63,668 bases of DNA, filler included, from Klebsormidium nitens (GCA_000708835.1; 5 parts of 5 records of this genome joined end to end with filler, not necessarily neighbours in it); one strand, 5' to 3'. Positions 44,601 to 63,668 are shown, numbered from the whole stretch's first letter. The notes: generated by a model not told the origin, from the letters alone. Numbers and translations: made by a program.

Positions 44601-46320
44601 GAATTGAAAAGCAGACTTAGGGGATGGGCGACTCACCTGCTCGCTCCCGCCCCCTTTGACTTGCCCTAAGTCCCTGGTAGCTGCCCGCTGCCCCCCACTC
44701 CTTCGGGCCGCTCTCCTTGTTCCTAAGCCCCTGGTCGAACCCGTTGCTCGCACTTCTTTCTTGGCATGGCCTGCCCTCCGGGTCGTGCAGGTGTTCTGGG
44801 CCCCTTCCTATACCAAAGAATTCGAACCCCGAACTCAAAAGTTCGTCACCATGCGTGTACTTGCACAAGTCTGCAGTCAACTACAACACCCAACCAACAT
44901 CGTGCAAGGGATGGCCTTACATACATACATATCGGCTATTGGAAACCAAAGGGAAAACTCTGTACTACTAATCTGTTATATTCTCTTCTCCAAAAAGTCA
45001 ATTACAACATTGCATCTTTTTCAGGTATGGCCTTACATACATACATATCGGCAATTGGAAACCAAAAAGAAAACTCTGTACTANNNNNNNNNNNNNNNNN
45101 NNNNNNNNNNNNNNNNNNNNNNNNNNNNNNNNNNNNNNNNNNNNNNNNNNNNNNNNNNNNNNNNNNNNNNNNNNNNNNNNNNNNNNNNNNNNNNNNNNNN
45201 NNNNNNNNNNNNNNNNNNNNNNNNNNNNNNNNNNNNNNNNNNNNNNNNNNNNNNNNNNNNNNNNNNNNNNNNNNNNNNNNNNNNNNNNNNNNNNNNNNNN
45301 NNNNNNNNNNNNNNNNNNNNNNNNNNNNNNNNNNNNNNNNNNNNNNNNNNNNNNNNNNNNNNNNNNNNNNNNNNNNNNNNNNNNNNNNNNNNNNNNNNNN
45401 NNNNNNNNNNNNNNNNNNNNNNNNNNNNNNNNNNNNNNNNNNNNNNNNNNNNNNNNNNNNNNNNNNNNNNNNNNNNNNNNNNNNNNNNNNNNNNNNNNNN
45501 NNNNNNNNNNNNNNNNNNNNNNNNNNNNNNNNNNNNNNNNNNNNNNNNNNNNNNNNNNNNNNNNNNNNNNNNNNNNNNNNNNNNNNNNNNNNNNNNNNNN
45601 NNNNNNNATGGCCTTACATACATACATATCGGCAATTGAAAAACAAAGGGAAAACTCTGTACTGTTAATCTGTTATAATTCCTTCCCTGGAGAAGAAAGA
45701 AAATATAACAGATTGTAGTATGAAAGTCTTGGACCCCCAGCCGGTTTGCTGATATGTATGTATCTAAAGGTCCTCCTTGTGAATCATAGGGCAAAGAGGG
45801 TGGGATGGGTGACTCACCTGCTCGCCCGGCTGCCTTACTACGTGCAGGTCCCTTCCTTCCTAAGCCCCTGATGAAAGGTCTCCACCTGCTCCTGCTTGCG
45901 CTGGCGGGTCACCAGCCGCTCTTGTTGGTCCGGCCCCCTGAGATCAGCTAGAGCACCGCGTAGTCCTTGTTGAGGCGCCACGCTCGAATGGAAGTCTCTG
46001 AGGCGCGTTCTGGGGGGCGGCGAGATGTTGCAGCGGGTGAGGTTTCCTGAGGACGAGAAATGAGAACTATTGGGGCATTCTGAGCTTATATATCAAAACC
46101 TGAATGGCGTGCACCGGGGGCGGGTGCGCGGCAAGGGCTAGCTACCTGCTGCCAAAATACGCCAATGAATGCACTTGCAAGTCAATCAAACATACAGAAA
46201 AGAGGGTGGGATGGGTGACTTGCCTGCCTCGCCCGTCCTTCTTAGCACATCACTCTACCCGCTCCTTGCTGGTCCGCCCTTTTGAGCAGGTCCCTCTCTC
46301 CCTAAACCGCTAGTTCTAAG
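41700..46320. repeat. Complex nested repeat: ~118-bp units within larger tandem exon/intron-like duplications
   Basis: GGCCTTACATACATACATATCGGCAATTGGAAACCAAAG units in three blocks (41.7-42.5, 42.9-43.2, 44.9-45.8 kb). Minus-strand donor-like CAG/GTGAGTC recurs near 42590, 43200, 44630 and 45810. Confidence 0.8.
43952..44350 (+). pseudogene. NADAR/YbiA-family gene, frameshifted and 3'-truncated
   Basis: FSNFY, YHHVEGFFQAAKF, PRSAKALGR, W...KDGVM..VLRAKFEQHPQLRELLLS. A +1 nt near 44273 shifts to TGGSPLVE...DRYWGCG; the terminal N.LG..LM motif is absent. Confidence 0.85.
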
Positions 46321-47850
46321 CTGAAATTCGTGAAGCTTCATCAACTTCAGCTCCTAAGCCCAGCACCTATATCGTCAAGTTGCACGGCGAGATGCCNNNN
46401 NNNNNNNNNNNNNNNNNNNNNNNNNNNNNNNNNNNNNNNNTTAATTAATTAANNNNNNNNNNNNNNNNNNNNNNNNNNNNNNNNNNNNNNNNNNNNTCCC
46501 GCCCACCTACCTTACTCAAGAAAGAATACTGACAACTGAGTGAGTATACCCGTGGATACCTATTCCAAGCAGCCAGGCCTGCCTAACAACATGGCTGTGT
46601 CAAGCAATATCAGGGATATAATGACAAATACTGTTCTCCTTCCTCATTTGCCTACCTAATCCCACCTTCTCGCCTCTTTTCCGCCCTTTGAAAGAAACCA
46701 TCTCCCCTGTCCAGGCTGGCGGGTTTGGCGGCCATTGTCTAGGTGAACACTTCCCTCCCTTGCCGGCTTGCCAGGCTCCCTCCTTCCTCTCTCCTGCACG
46801 GCGCACTCCTTGTAGGTAAGTTTGTTCACGGCATCCGATTGTAGGTAATATCTTGAAGAGGACTCCCAGATCATTCCATGTACCGTTCGATGGAACCCGA
46901 TCCACGGCATTCAAAGCCCCACTCTTATACAAGATCTTTTGCAATTCAAGTTTTGTGCAGGAGTGGGTTTTTCCGCGCGACGCGTGGCATACTAATAGAT
47001 TGGAATAATTTGGAAAGTGCGCTTTTCCTCTCCGGTTACAAAAAGTCGCCAACTTTGGACTCTGGAGGCTGGCCTTGCCATAAATGATGATTCGGCCCGG
47101 TTCGGGGCCCGAGCCCGGGGCAATCAGATCCGAGATCAGATGATTCTGAACACCTGCAACGATGTCTGATCGGATTTGATTGGGGCTCGGGGGACCGGGC
47201 CGGGGAAATATGATCATTGGTACCGTACATCTATGCCCCGTGAAAATGGGGATCTGGATTCCAGGAGTACAGTAGGTACGTCATGACTCCGCCTGACTCA
47301 TGAGTCATGCCTCACGTGACGTTGGATACTGCAGTGGCAAGAGTGACGTCTGGCCGCCGGCGCCTGCTCTGCATGCCATATGGCAAGTCGGCACTGCATT
47401 CCGCATGATCCGTGCAGTGACTGTGCAGCAGTGGAACTTGAAGTTGGAACTTGGAAGTTGGAAGTCGAAGAGCAGCATTGCGTCCTGTCGTGAACCGTGA
47501 GTTGAAGTCCACCTTCTTGAGCGACGATACTCTTCTTCGACTCACAAAGGGGAATGCTGTGTGTGAGGGCTGCAGAGCCGGCGTGCTCCCCCCTACGACT
47601 CCAAATAGTTTACGACGGCAACACTTTCAAGCACCATCCCTTTCTTTGGCGCACCACTCGAAATCACTATCAAAACGCCACAAGCAGAGCTCCTGTACGC
47701 GCAGTTGAACCAGCAACCCTTTTCGCGGGGCCGCATTGTCCTGTGCTTGGCCAGTCCTTTTGCAATAGCGTGAGAAATTTTCCACGGCCCCGCCGTCTTG
47801 TCCGCATAGCGACACCATTGCCGCCAGCTGTCGTTTGCACGGGTGCCCAC

Positions 47851-53268
<5,418 letters not shown>

Positions 53269-54256
53269 GTGAAGACATAAGAATTGATGGAAGAAGAATA
53301 CCGTATTGCTTAGTCGTTGTCTTTACCCAACTAAAAGTTTCTGATCGATGGTTTTGCGGCTTTAGTCAGTTGAGATAGATGAGGCCTGCATACCACGCCA
53401 AATGTGAGTCCAGGTCAAGGCCGTCTTCTGGCCGAACACGGTGTCTGTGCGAAAAACAACGAAGCAGGCCGAGCTGACATGCAAGAGTTCCATGTGTAGG
53501 ATTCACATGTAGAAACGATAGTCGTCGCACCTGTACACGGAACACAAATGTGCGCAGATGAAAGCAACGTCCCAAGGATCCTTTAGTTCGGGGGTTCTTT
53601 GCATGTGCAATCGTAACGCAAGATCTGCAGATTTGACTAGCTGCATCACAACCTGTCCACATGTCACTTGCATGGAATCAACCTCGCTATCTTAATAGCT
53701 TTTGGCTGCTGGCGTAGGACGTGCACGTCCTCAAGATCTGATTGACGGTGCAGGGAGCCCAAATCTGCCGAACTTCCGATCCGATCCGTCCAGAAAAGAC
53801 TCAGACTCACTCAGTGTGCATTTCCCGAGCTTTGAAACCCGACGCCCACTTCAACCCGCGATTAACATCGTTTTTTGATCGAGCGAGCTATATCGCATAT
53901 ACCAATTTTGCGGCAGATATGTGATTTAGTTCCGAGTTCAAGAGCTACCTAAGCTCCTGAGCTCGATCGAGAATGTCGCTTCGATGCGCCCATGCATGTG
54001 AGATCCAATCTATCATTGCTCTTCGTTCAGTTGCTGAAGCCTGAAGCTGACGTTCCCTCTCCGGCGAATCTAGTTCCGCTTGATGCTTGGTGTCGGCGGA
54101 TTCCGCTCCACAGCAAAGCGTTTTCCAGCTGCATGCAATATCGCAATCCAGCTCAGGCGGGAGTCGATCAGCTCGGAAGCGGGTTGAACGAATGCCTTTC
54201 TAGCCTTTTAAGGTCAAATTATGGTGGCACACGAAGGCATCTAAGAGCATGTCAGC

Positions 54257-57200
54257 ATGGCCAGACTACTCCGCTTTGCAGCTGCGGGGGCTTTTTTACA
54301 GCCCGTAAAGCGAGGCGTCAATGGCTGTCCAAGTTTTGTGCTCGCATATGAACGGAGGCTGGTCAATGGATGGGAAGGCCTCAGGTACAGCTGTCAATTT
54401 GCTGCAGGCCCCAGAGAGCCATTGGCAGGAGCTCAGTTGTCAGCTGTGCAGCCTGTGCCCTTGCAGGAAAGAGTTTCGGAGGCATTGCAAGCAATTCAGT
54501 CCAGATTAGGGTTTGGAAGCTCGTTCAGGGGGAAGCATCCTTCAAGCAATCCAGCTTCGACCCAGCTTCTTCTTGGTACCCAGCAGCAAACGCATGCTAA
54601 TGCTGCTAAATGTGTGCAAGCTCAAGGGTTTACTTGGTTCGGCCATCTTTTAGACCAACCTGCTCTTCATACTTTCAATAGTGAGTCCAATCCGCGCGCC
54701 AGCTCTGGGGTTTGCAGGAGATTCTCCTCAAGTACTGGGGAAGATGTTGAGCCCAGAGAGGGCATGGACTACGATGTTGTGATTGTTGGAGCCGGCCCTG
54801 CGGGGCTGTCTGCTGCCATTCGCTTGAAGCAGAAATGCGCGGAGGAGGGAAAGGACCTGAGCGTATGTGTGGTGGAGAAGGGGGCACAAGTAGGTGAGTA
54901 TGCTGTGCTGCATAAAAAAAAGGTTAGGCCCTGGAAGGTGGTTCACGTGACGAGATGTCAAATAGGTAGCAAGTTGTAGGAAGGCCCTTCATTGGGGTGG
55001 CTATTTGAGGTGGGCTAATAGCTGCATCTGCAGAGCTGAAGGTGGTCAAGGTGATGTGTCGACGAATACCTCTCGTCAACTCCTCACACCAGCTGGCCAT
55101 CTCAAGTGCGCTCCTTGAGAAGGTGGTAGTACTGATTAGTGCCAACCCTTTTTGTGTTGTTTTGTTGTTCAAGTCCTTGGAAAAGTCATCATTTGACATT
55201 AGAGGGAGAGCTTGCAACTGGGGAAGCGTTGGGCAGCTGAATACATCACCTGCAGTTGTGGGTGCCTTCAGAAGTTCAACAAGGAAAAGATGCTGTGTGT
55301 TTAAAGAGCCCCTCTGCTTGCAGGCGCGCACATCCTGTCCGGAAATGTCCTGGAGCCCCGTGCACTAGATGAGCTCCTCCCCAACTGGCGAGATGAGGAA
55401 GTAAGCGCTGCTACTACTGAGTGCGCTTCAACACCCACTCAAACTCTTGCAAGCTGCCCAACTCATTCAGACATGCCATATCAGATCGCCAAGGATTCCT
55501 CTGCCTTGTAAATCTTGTGATGTTGACGCAAGGGAAAACCAATGCTTTGGATCACTCTATGCTTTTTCGGGTCATAGTATGCTCTACTTGCCCTGCAGTC
55601 CCCCATCAAGGTCCCTGCGACCAACGACCGCTTCTACTTGCTGACGGAGAAACGTGCCATTCGGATGCCCTCTCCCTTTCAAAACCACGGCAAGTTTGTA
55701 ACCAGGCAAGGGCCACCGACCAGCTTTGTGCCCGTTTTCAATTGTTCCAAAGAAACTTTCTGGTTGTTCCTGTGGTCAACTTCTTACCGTGAAGTTCTGC
55801 CTTCTGTATGATGCACTGAATATGCCCTGTGGGTTGCATGCTCCGAAGCTAGATGTGATTGAATTTGTGGATTATGTTAGCCTCTAATTGTTGTCCTTGC
55901 AGTCTGAGTGAAGTCACACGGTGGCTAGGCTCCAAAGCGGAGGAGCTCGGAGTGGAAATCTATCCAGGATTTGCAGCGGCTGAGGTGAGGCGACACCAGA
56001 GATAATTCATACCCACTTGCGTGTCTAGCTGTCTTACACTGCGTGTTATTCTGAGAAGTTCGAAGACGATACTACTTGGTCGAAAACCGAAAAGGAGTAG
56101 GTTCCCTACAAGGCGAGAAGAAAGATACAGAACGGTGTGAGGCTTTGTGACTGGCCTTGATCGAAATCGCTCTGCCAAGCTTGAAGACGAATCCCAAGGA
56201 GGGCTATGTGGTCTCGTGCACTAGAGGACATCGCTTGCACGGGACGAGATACACCACATCTCCTCCTGACAGCTTGAGCTTTGAGTCGTTCTCGTCTTCC
56301 AGCCTCGCTCTCAGCCCTGAAGTCCTTTCAAAGCAAGACTGCAAGTTGGAATCGAGACGTCTGGTATGGGTACCCTCCTCCCCAATCTCACTGTGGCCCC
56401 CATACACCTCTCTGAGAACCCGATGTCTTGCAAAATTACGAGCCGCAGAATCTCATTGTTGCTCGTCTTGGTGCACAAGGTGCTGTACTCGGAGGAAGGG
56501 GCGGTGAGGGGCATCGCCACCAACGATATGGGCGTAGCAAAGGACGGCTCGCGCAAGGACAGCTTCCAGAGGGGGATGGAACTGCGAGGTGAGGCGTGCG
56601 TTAGAACATCTAAGGAAAGCACCTCGGTTCTTCCCGGAAAGCCGTTTGGCGAGCTGGAAAAACGGTGGTGTAAAGAGGTCAGAGGGCTCGGAAAGAGGTC
56701 CGAGGGTCGCACCCTTGTCCAAGTATTGACCGTGCTGTTCTTGCCATCTCTGAAGGGAAAAGAGCATATGGCAGACCCGGAAGCATTTTCTGCCTGTTCT
56801 TGATTACTACAACGATAAAAAGCTTCCTCTGCTCAAGAACTGTTCCTCTGCAGGCCGGGTGACGCTCTTCGGCGAGGGTTGTCGAGGCTCGCTGTCAGAG
56901 GTAGTGCCCTTCCCCTGTCGTCCTTTCAAGCGGACTCTCGATGACAGTCCTCGCGAAATTCCTTTGATTGAGTACGTCTTGCGATTGCCAAGCCTTCCTT
57001 TATAAATGTTTGTTAATCAAACCGCTGTCATGGCTGACTTTACGTATCCGTCCAATCGCATCAGGACTTTCACTTGATGCGGCATGCTTTTTGTGAGAGC
57101 TTCGAGTTTGACGGCTTTTGGCCTCTGCTGGCACTACGATCGTTCTGGCCTCCACATTTTATTCCACGAAGGGCTCGTTTTTTGCAATATGCCTCCCTTG

Positions 57201-60200
57201 TGATCAAACAAGCGAGTGTTCGAGAGTGAGAGAGAAAGAATGACAGAGTTCGAGACGTTTTGCACAAGAACCAGTCGTGAATCCTGTCGAGTCTTTCACG
57301 GTCGTGTGCCAGCGGCTCTTGCAATTGTCTGTTTGAACTGCTCTTGCATTGTTGGAAAACGGTTATCAATAGAGTGGCATCCACTTGCAGACGCTGATGA
57401 AGCGGTTCGGGTTGCGAGAGAAGGCCAAAGCCGACCCGCAGTCGTACGCTCTCGGCATCAAGGAGGTGAGGAAGCACAGGCCCTGCCGGCCCAGGGCCGT
57501 CATCGTAATTGTGAAAGCGGGCTACTTCAGTTCAGGAGTACATTCCTCGTTTCCGTCACGTTTGACAAATCGAAGAGTCTACCGTAGACTTAAAAAGGTG
57601 GCTTTTGTCCTTTGTCGAGATTGCCTCTTCAAATTGCCGTCAGCATCGGATGGTCCCCCCTCATCTCAGGTCAGCGGCTGATGTTAAGCTTTGCGCGCTG
57701 ATATTTGGGATGGCCCCCGTAATCAGAACACCGCGCGTTTTCGCGTATGCATTGTAGCGGGTCTCGCTTCAAGAGCAGTCAGTGTCAACAGGAGAGAATC
57801 AGCATTACGTTTTGTGACCAGTTACTCGTTGGCTGAAGAGACGCAACAAGCGTCAGCAACCTTCGATGATCTGACATAAGGATGTAAACACGCTTCTGGC
57901 GGCTCAGGTTTGGGAGGTCGACCCTGCCAAGCACGAGGCTGGCTCGACTATTCACACTGTGGGCTGGCCCCTGGACCGGCACACGTACGGCGGGTCCTTC
58001 ATCTACCACATGGCGGACAACCAGGTGAGTGATGCTCCGGTTCCGTTTGATTCCCGTTTTCCGCTTCCGTTCCGTTAAGTCTCTTTCCACCCGTGAGCAT
58101 GTATTATAGCAATATAAGACTGCACCGAGGAACTTTCCTTACGATTGAGAAGTTTTCAACAGACTTTCTGCGTCCGGAGGCTCGACAAGTGTTTCCAGGC
58201 CAGTGTGTCGCTTCCATGTACCGCCTAGGCGCTGAAGTATCTTCGTATTGCCGCTGATCGGAGGGGATCTTGTCTCGCGGATCGAAGGGGTCGAGCTGAG
58301 GCACCGATCCGCCTTCGTGGATATCCGCTCGTGCAGGTTGCGATTGGGTACGTTGTGGCCCTGGACTACAAGAACCCGTACCTTAGCCCCTACCAAGAAT
58401 TCCAGGCAAGTCGGCCCAAACTGGTCGTCGAATGGGCCGTCAACTGGTCGCTGTGGGAGTTTGCTGCCAATGTAGTGTTCGCTTTGCTCATATCACGCGC
58501 CTTTTATGCGACTGCCGCAGAGTTCGGAAAGTTCTTTCTTAAGGTGCCGCAGGATAGCACGCTTTGTTGGGTGGATACTACTTTCAAAGTTCGACGCTAT
58601 CAAAGTGATTGAAAATGATGCTTTAGGAATGAGTCAAAGCGGTGTTGCTATGCGTTAAGCAGCATGACTTGAGGTGAAAGCCTAGGCGAGGAGGCGGCAG
58701 TGCACATAGCGTCCGAAGGCAGGAACACCAGCGCCCCGCTGACGGACACGTGACTGACGTGTGCAGCGGTTCAAGCTGCATCCGTTTGTGCGGCCTCTGC
58801 TCGAAGGGGGAACCTGTGTGCAGTACGGCGCGCGGTCCCTTAACGAAGGAGGCTATCAGGTAACCGCTCTCCTTGAGTCGGAACCCCTTGTAACACCAAA
58901 CCATACGACGGAACGATTTGTGATCTCATCAATAAAAGAAACGGCGGTCATACCATCCTTAAATTTTAAAAAATAACGGCGATCGTCTCAAACCCCTCTG
59001 CTATTCCAAGCACATGGTATAACAATCAAGCTCTATGGTTAAGAACGGAGGGGCAGTACAAGGGCGTAAATGACATCCCAAAGTCTGGGAAGTCTGAAAT
59101 TCGAAGTTTGAATGTGCGAACGCACCCATTTGCAGAAGTTTGAATGTGCGAACGCACCTATTTGCAGGCCGTCCCGGAGTTGGCGTTTCCTGGCGGCGCC
59201 CTAATTGGCTGCTCGGCGGGCTTCTTGAACGTTCCCAAAATCAAGGGCACCCACACTGCCATGAAGTCAGGTGCGATTGACCACTCTGTGGATACTCTGT
59301 TGGTCTCTGACCGCTTGGGCTGCCGCTTTGTCCATAAGGCTAGTAGTCTGCACGGCGACTTGTGATTATATTCCGCTCTACTTCATTGCTTTTGGTCAGG
59401 AAGCCGTTTGTCCGAAGCGGACCAGGGAACAGAGCGGCTCGGCAGACTGGCGGGCATTTGGCTCTGCAATCCGGCTGGCTCTGCTTGAGACTTGGAGGTT
59501 CAGATTCGCTCTGATGTCATGCCCTTTACGAAGGTCTGAGATCACCGCTTACGCAATTTGGCCTACTCATCGTTTACCGGGGACCTTTGTCTGTATTTTT
59601 TACCGTCCAGTGCTCTGTGCTGCCGTCTCCGCGCAGGCATGCTTGCAGCGGAAGCGGCCTTCTCTGCTCTCGCCGCGGACGAGACGGCCGGCACAAGCGG
59701 TGGCCGGGACGTCATGCTGACGTCATACTCCGACGCGCTCAAGGCGTCCTGGGTGTGGGACGAGCTGTATCAGGCCAGGAACATTCGGCCGGTACGTGGC
59801 TTTGCTATTCCTTTCTTTTTCAGTAGAGAGGTGTTCTGTTCCCTTCCTTATGCATTTTTGCTCTTTGCCTTCTGCCCTCCTCCTCAACCCCTCCCCCCTC
59901 CTTTGTCTAATTAACGGAAAGACGGAGGGAAATGCGCTTCATGATCTTCAACCTGTGGGTTGGCGCTGGAGCGCCCCAGCCAGTGTTGCTACACCTACAC
60001 CTTTCGAACAGCGGGGTCATGCATTAGGGAGAAGATGTTCACTTCGAAGCAAATTGGTGTTTGGTATCAGCATCGGAATTAGCCTCGTTCTGGGGCCCTG
60101 AGCATCCCACCAGCTTTGAAAGCCACGATCTGAGAGAATGCTTTGCTAAAACACGATTTCTGCCCAACAACGGAAGTCGTTCTCTTCAAGGACTCCGTCT

Positions 60201-62350
60201 GCTACCTCGTCGTATTCGTCACTCCCCTCTTCTGGGTTGCGACTCGTGCTTGTGGCTGCATTCCCGTTGCCCACGTGTCTGCCAATGCATGCTCACCCGC
60301 GCTTCCGGCTATGTTGTGCAGGCTTTCCATGCCGGGCTTTGGGGGGGGCTGGCCTACTCCGGCTTGGACCAGTGAGTAGCCCCGACGTTCGCCACCGAGG
60401 ATAAGCTTTCACACGGCTTATGTTCGATATTTTCTCGATTGTTGCCACACCTCTATGCCTCTCCGTGCTTCATCGCCACGCCTGCACAATGTGAAGTTCA
60501 TGGGTGCGTGTTTGCCGTGCTACCTCAGCTTCGACAAATGCTCCGCCTCGTTTCTGCAAACAGAATCCCCCATCTCTAAGCTGAATTTGTTTTTAAATGC
60601 ATCTGCCCGCCCGTCTTGTTGGCTGGCCTGCCTATGGGCACGCACACGGTGTCGTCAGCCGTAGCCGTGTCGGTCCTTTGCTGACGCCGGCCGGGTTGTT
60701 TGGTGTTGTTCAGCTACGTGCTGCGCGGGCGAGCCCCTTGGACGTTCCACTGGAAAAAACCGGACCATCAACACCTAGAGGTAACGTGGCCGATACGACG
60801 CATCCTGGGACGGTGCACTGTGGCGCCGGCAACGTGGCATCCAAAAAATGCTCGTGACCATTTGGTTGTTGCTCGTGGAATCGGTATGAACACGGCTTTC
60901 GTGCAGGGTCCTAGATTGCAAGGCAAGGTTGTCGCAGTTGGAAGTCTCAATCAGCACAACAAAATCGATTACTAGGGGTGTTTGACTATTGTTGCATACC
61001 CTATAGTAAAATGTCAGCTGGGCCTTCTGTACCTGGTTCGCTGCTCAGGGTTTTGCGGAGGGAATCGCCCCAACTGGTGATTGTCGAAGCGGCTTTCGGA
61101 TTTGAATCTGGGATGTCTTGAAAGCAAGCTGCGTTACATTCATATTTGGGCTTTCAGCACCGCTGCCTCTCGGCTGTGACGCACAGATCCGACGGAGCCT
61201 AATTGAATTCTGCCCTGCTTTGCCCTGCAGCCCGCATCGCGGCATCAGCCGATTGAGTACCCCAAACCAGATAACGAGATCACGTTTGACCTTCTAACAT
61301 CCCTGTACAGGTAAGGCTTTCTGAAGGTTTGTTCGAAGTTCATTCAAGAGCGTCTTGCTCTCTAACAGTCTGGAAAAACATGTTCGAAATCCTTCGGCAG
61401 CACAAGGTACCACATCTGATACTGACAGGTTCATCTGCCTACATTTTCAGCAAAAATCGCGCATTGTCGGTCATTTTGCTGCGCTTTGACACTTGGCAGC
61501 ATCTCGTGTTTTCACACGGCGGGTGTGGCGTGGTTGCAGGAGTAGCACCAATCACGACCACAATCAGCCGGCCCACCTCCGATTGCGGGATCCCTCCATC
61601 CCCGCCACTGTCAACCAGCCGGTCTACGCAGGACCCGAGGGGCGCTACTGCCCAGCGCGCGTGTACGAGTGAGCAGGACGACCGTTTCCTGCTTTTCGTC
61701 CGTTCTGAATTTGTGTCCACGACGTCATCTGAGCCGTGCAGCTAATCAGGCGGCTTCGGCAGCCGTGCATGTTGTCCGGATTGTTTGTTTGGACTCTAAA
61801 GGCATGAGGCGCTCAGAGCTTTACGCTTGCCGCAAACGAGTTGTGATGAGGGCGTTTTTAGCGACTACCCATGTCACCATGTTGTTTTGTGCTACCTGCA
61901 ATGTGGCACCCCATTGCGTCGTTTGATTTCGTTTCCCGCCGCAGATATGTCCCCGACGAGAAGAACCAGCCGCAGCTGCACATCAACGCCCAGAACTGCC
62001 TCCATTGCAAGGTGAGAATCAGTCAACGGTGAAAGCAGCGACTGCGTGACAAACGGTCGGCCAAGCCGGAGATTCTCAAGGGCGGCAGCCGCTCTTTCCA
62101 ATAGTGCTCAAACTCACCAACTTGTTTCGCCCGTTTGTACCACCGCTTTTGTGGCGTTCTTGGAAACATGCGGGGACACATCTTGCTGCGAGAAGGTAAA
62201 ACGCGTTCGGCCTAGAAGGGTCCTCTTTTAATGAAGGGGGTTCTTCACCCGCCTCCGGCTCTGCAGGCATGCGACATCAAAGACCCGACTCAGAACATCC
62301 AGTGGACCGTTCCGGAAGGAGGCGGGGGCCCTGGGTACTCCGTCATGTAG
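54257..62350 (+). CDS. ETFQO: Mitochondrial electron-transfer flavoprotein:ubiquinone oxidoreductase
   Basis: Exons traced: ...-54893, 55324-55400, 55599-55705, 55903-55984, 56480-56588, 56854-56900, 57391-57465, 57908-58024, 58337-58405, 58767-58859, 59168-59270, 59637-59791, 60321-60371, 60714-60780, 61231-61310, 61540-61668, 61945-62011, 62267-62350. Motifs [55 protein letters not shown]. 5' exon structure less certain. Confidence 0.95.
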
Positions 62351-63668
62351 CATGCAGGCTCTTTGCAAACAGGGTCCCAAACGGCAGGAGTCGTAAATCG
62401 ACTCTCACATTACTTCATTACTTGGAATGGGGAGTAGCGGTGTGCATGGTCTGAACAAAGGATGCGAGACGTGAAACAAGATCAGTATCAGATGTCAAAT
62501 CAGTCGCAGGGACATATGCGGAATTAATAGTGCTAGCATAAGCCAGGTTACAAAGCAAAAATTGCACGACCAACCACGACCAGGCTCGAGCTCAGCTCTG
62601 CCATGTGCATAAATGCGAGAGGTGGGGACTCCCCATGCGGAGTCTGGCTCCCCATGCATATGCGCATAAGATCAAGTGCTTGCAAGCATCCATGAGAAAG
62701 ATAACCGGCCTTCAATGTTAACATTCCTGATTGATTCAATCTGGTCCACTCAAGTGCCCTCCGGTGCACCTACTTTTCTCATAAGGTGCACGTGGCACAG
62801 CGGCTGGGAGACGCCATCAAGGTGCCCTCAAGCTCATGAAAGGGACTGCCGATTACTGGCAGGCTACGTCCGATCAGATCTAGTTTTGTGTCGATTGTAA
62901 AGGCAGCCTCCGATGATGAGTTAGGCGCGCATATATGACCGCACCAGTGGCAGCCTATAGGTCCGCCTATAGACATGATCAAAACAAAAAAGTTCGCCCT
63001 GAATACTGGCCCTATGCCAAAAATCCCATAAACGTTTGTTCGAGTTGCCTTTCAGTCGTGCAACTTGAAGGCTTCCTTGAGTTCAGCGGTTTTGTGTTGT
63101 TCGAGGAGAACTAGACCGTAACTTAGTATGATGTACCTAATACCTAGAGGTACCCTGTCAGGATACCATTGGGCATTTCGAAGCCTCACAAGGATATCCT
63201 ATTTGACATTGGTAACCCAAAAGTCTAATGCAAAAGTGTCATCATTGGGTGCCAGTAGCGAATCAGGTTAACTCGACTCGAAATCTTACTAATCGCATCT
63301 AGCCGGCCATTTTCACGTAGTGCCAAGTGCTATCCAGTGCTGTCCGTTGAAAGCTTCTATCATCAAAGATATTGTTGAGGAGCATTGTAATCGGGACTTG
63401 TAGTTTGATGCGGTGTACTACGGACCTCTGGTAGGTAGGCATAGGCTAGCCGCTTAAAAGCAGTCCAAGAAAGACACACACTCATCCATGTATGCCATGA
63501 GAAGCCTATGGCCTATTTGGCTACGGCGAGAACGAAAAGAGACCATCATCGTTAGCCTTTTAAAAAAGCATGCTCACTTTGATGCCAATGTGGAGATCAA
63601 ATAAAAAACTTGAGGATCGAGAGATCATACGCACCCTGCTAAATAGCACGAGGTGGCAACTCAAATTT

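Noticed and set aside
46600-47217. 205-aa minus-strand ORF upstream of DEP1
   Set aside because: Low-complexity start, no motif, and it overlaps the DEP1 promoter region; likely spurious.

Overview
Eukaryotic draft-scaffold window with N gaps and GT-AG introns. It is most consistent with a streptophyte green alga; a Klebsormidium-like host is my inference. (1) About 5.3-16.7 kb is a dense, intron-free island of giant-virus-like genes. It holds an HNH-like nuclease, a MASE1 sensor fused to a catalytically dead histidine kinase, MscL, an OTU protease, and an apparently intact IS607-type element (serine recombinase TnpA plus Fanzor2/TnpB with a predicted omegaRNA). It also holds a second, shattered Fanzor2 whose conserved motifs are not visible in the ORF track. 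(2) About 17-47 kb is a repeat- and transposon-rich zone: decayed spliced genes, an ARM-repeat gene, an LTR gag remnant, a CACTA-type TIR element, a ~190-bp satellite, Helitron-like ends, tRNA-like sequences, an intronless WNK-pseudokinase/receiver-domain fusion and a frameshifted NADAR. (3) About 47.8-62.4 kb carries two ordinary housekeeping genes, whose exons I traced by hand: the bifunctional methionine-salvage enzyme DEP1 (MtnB+MtnC) and ETF-ubiquinone oxidoreductase. No database search was run; all family calls come from motifs recognised by eye.
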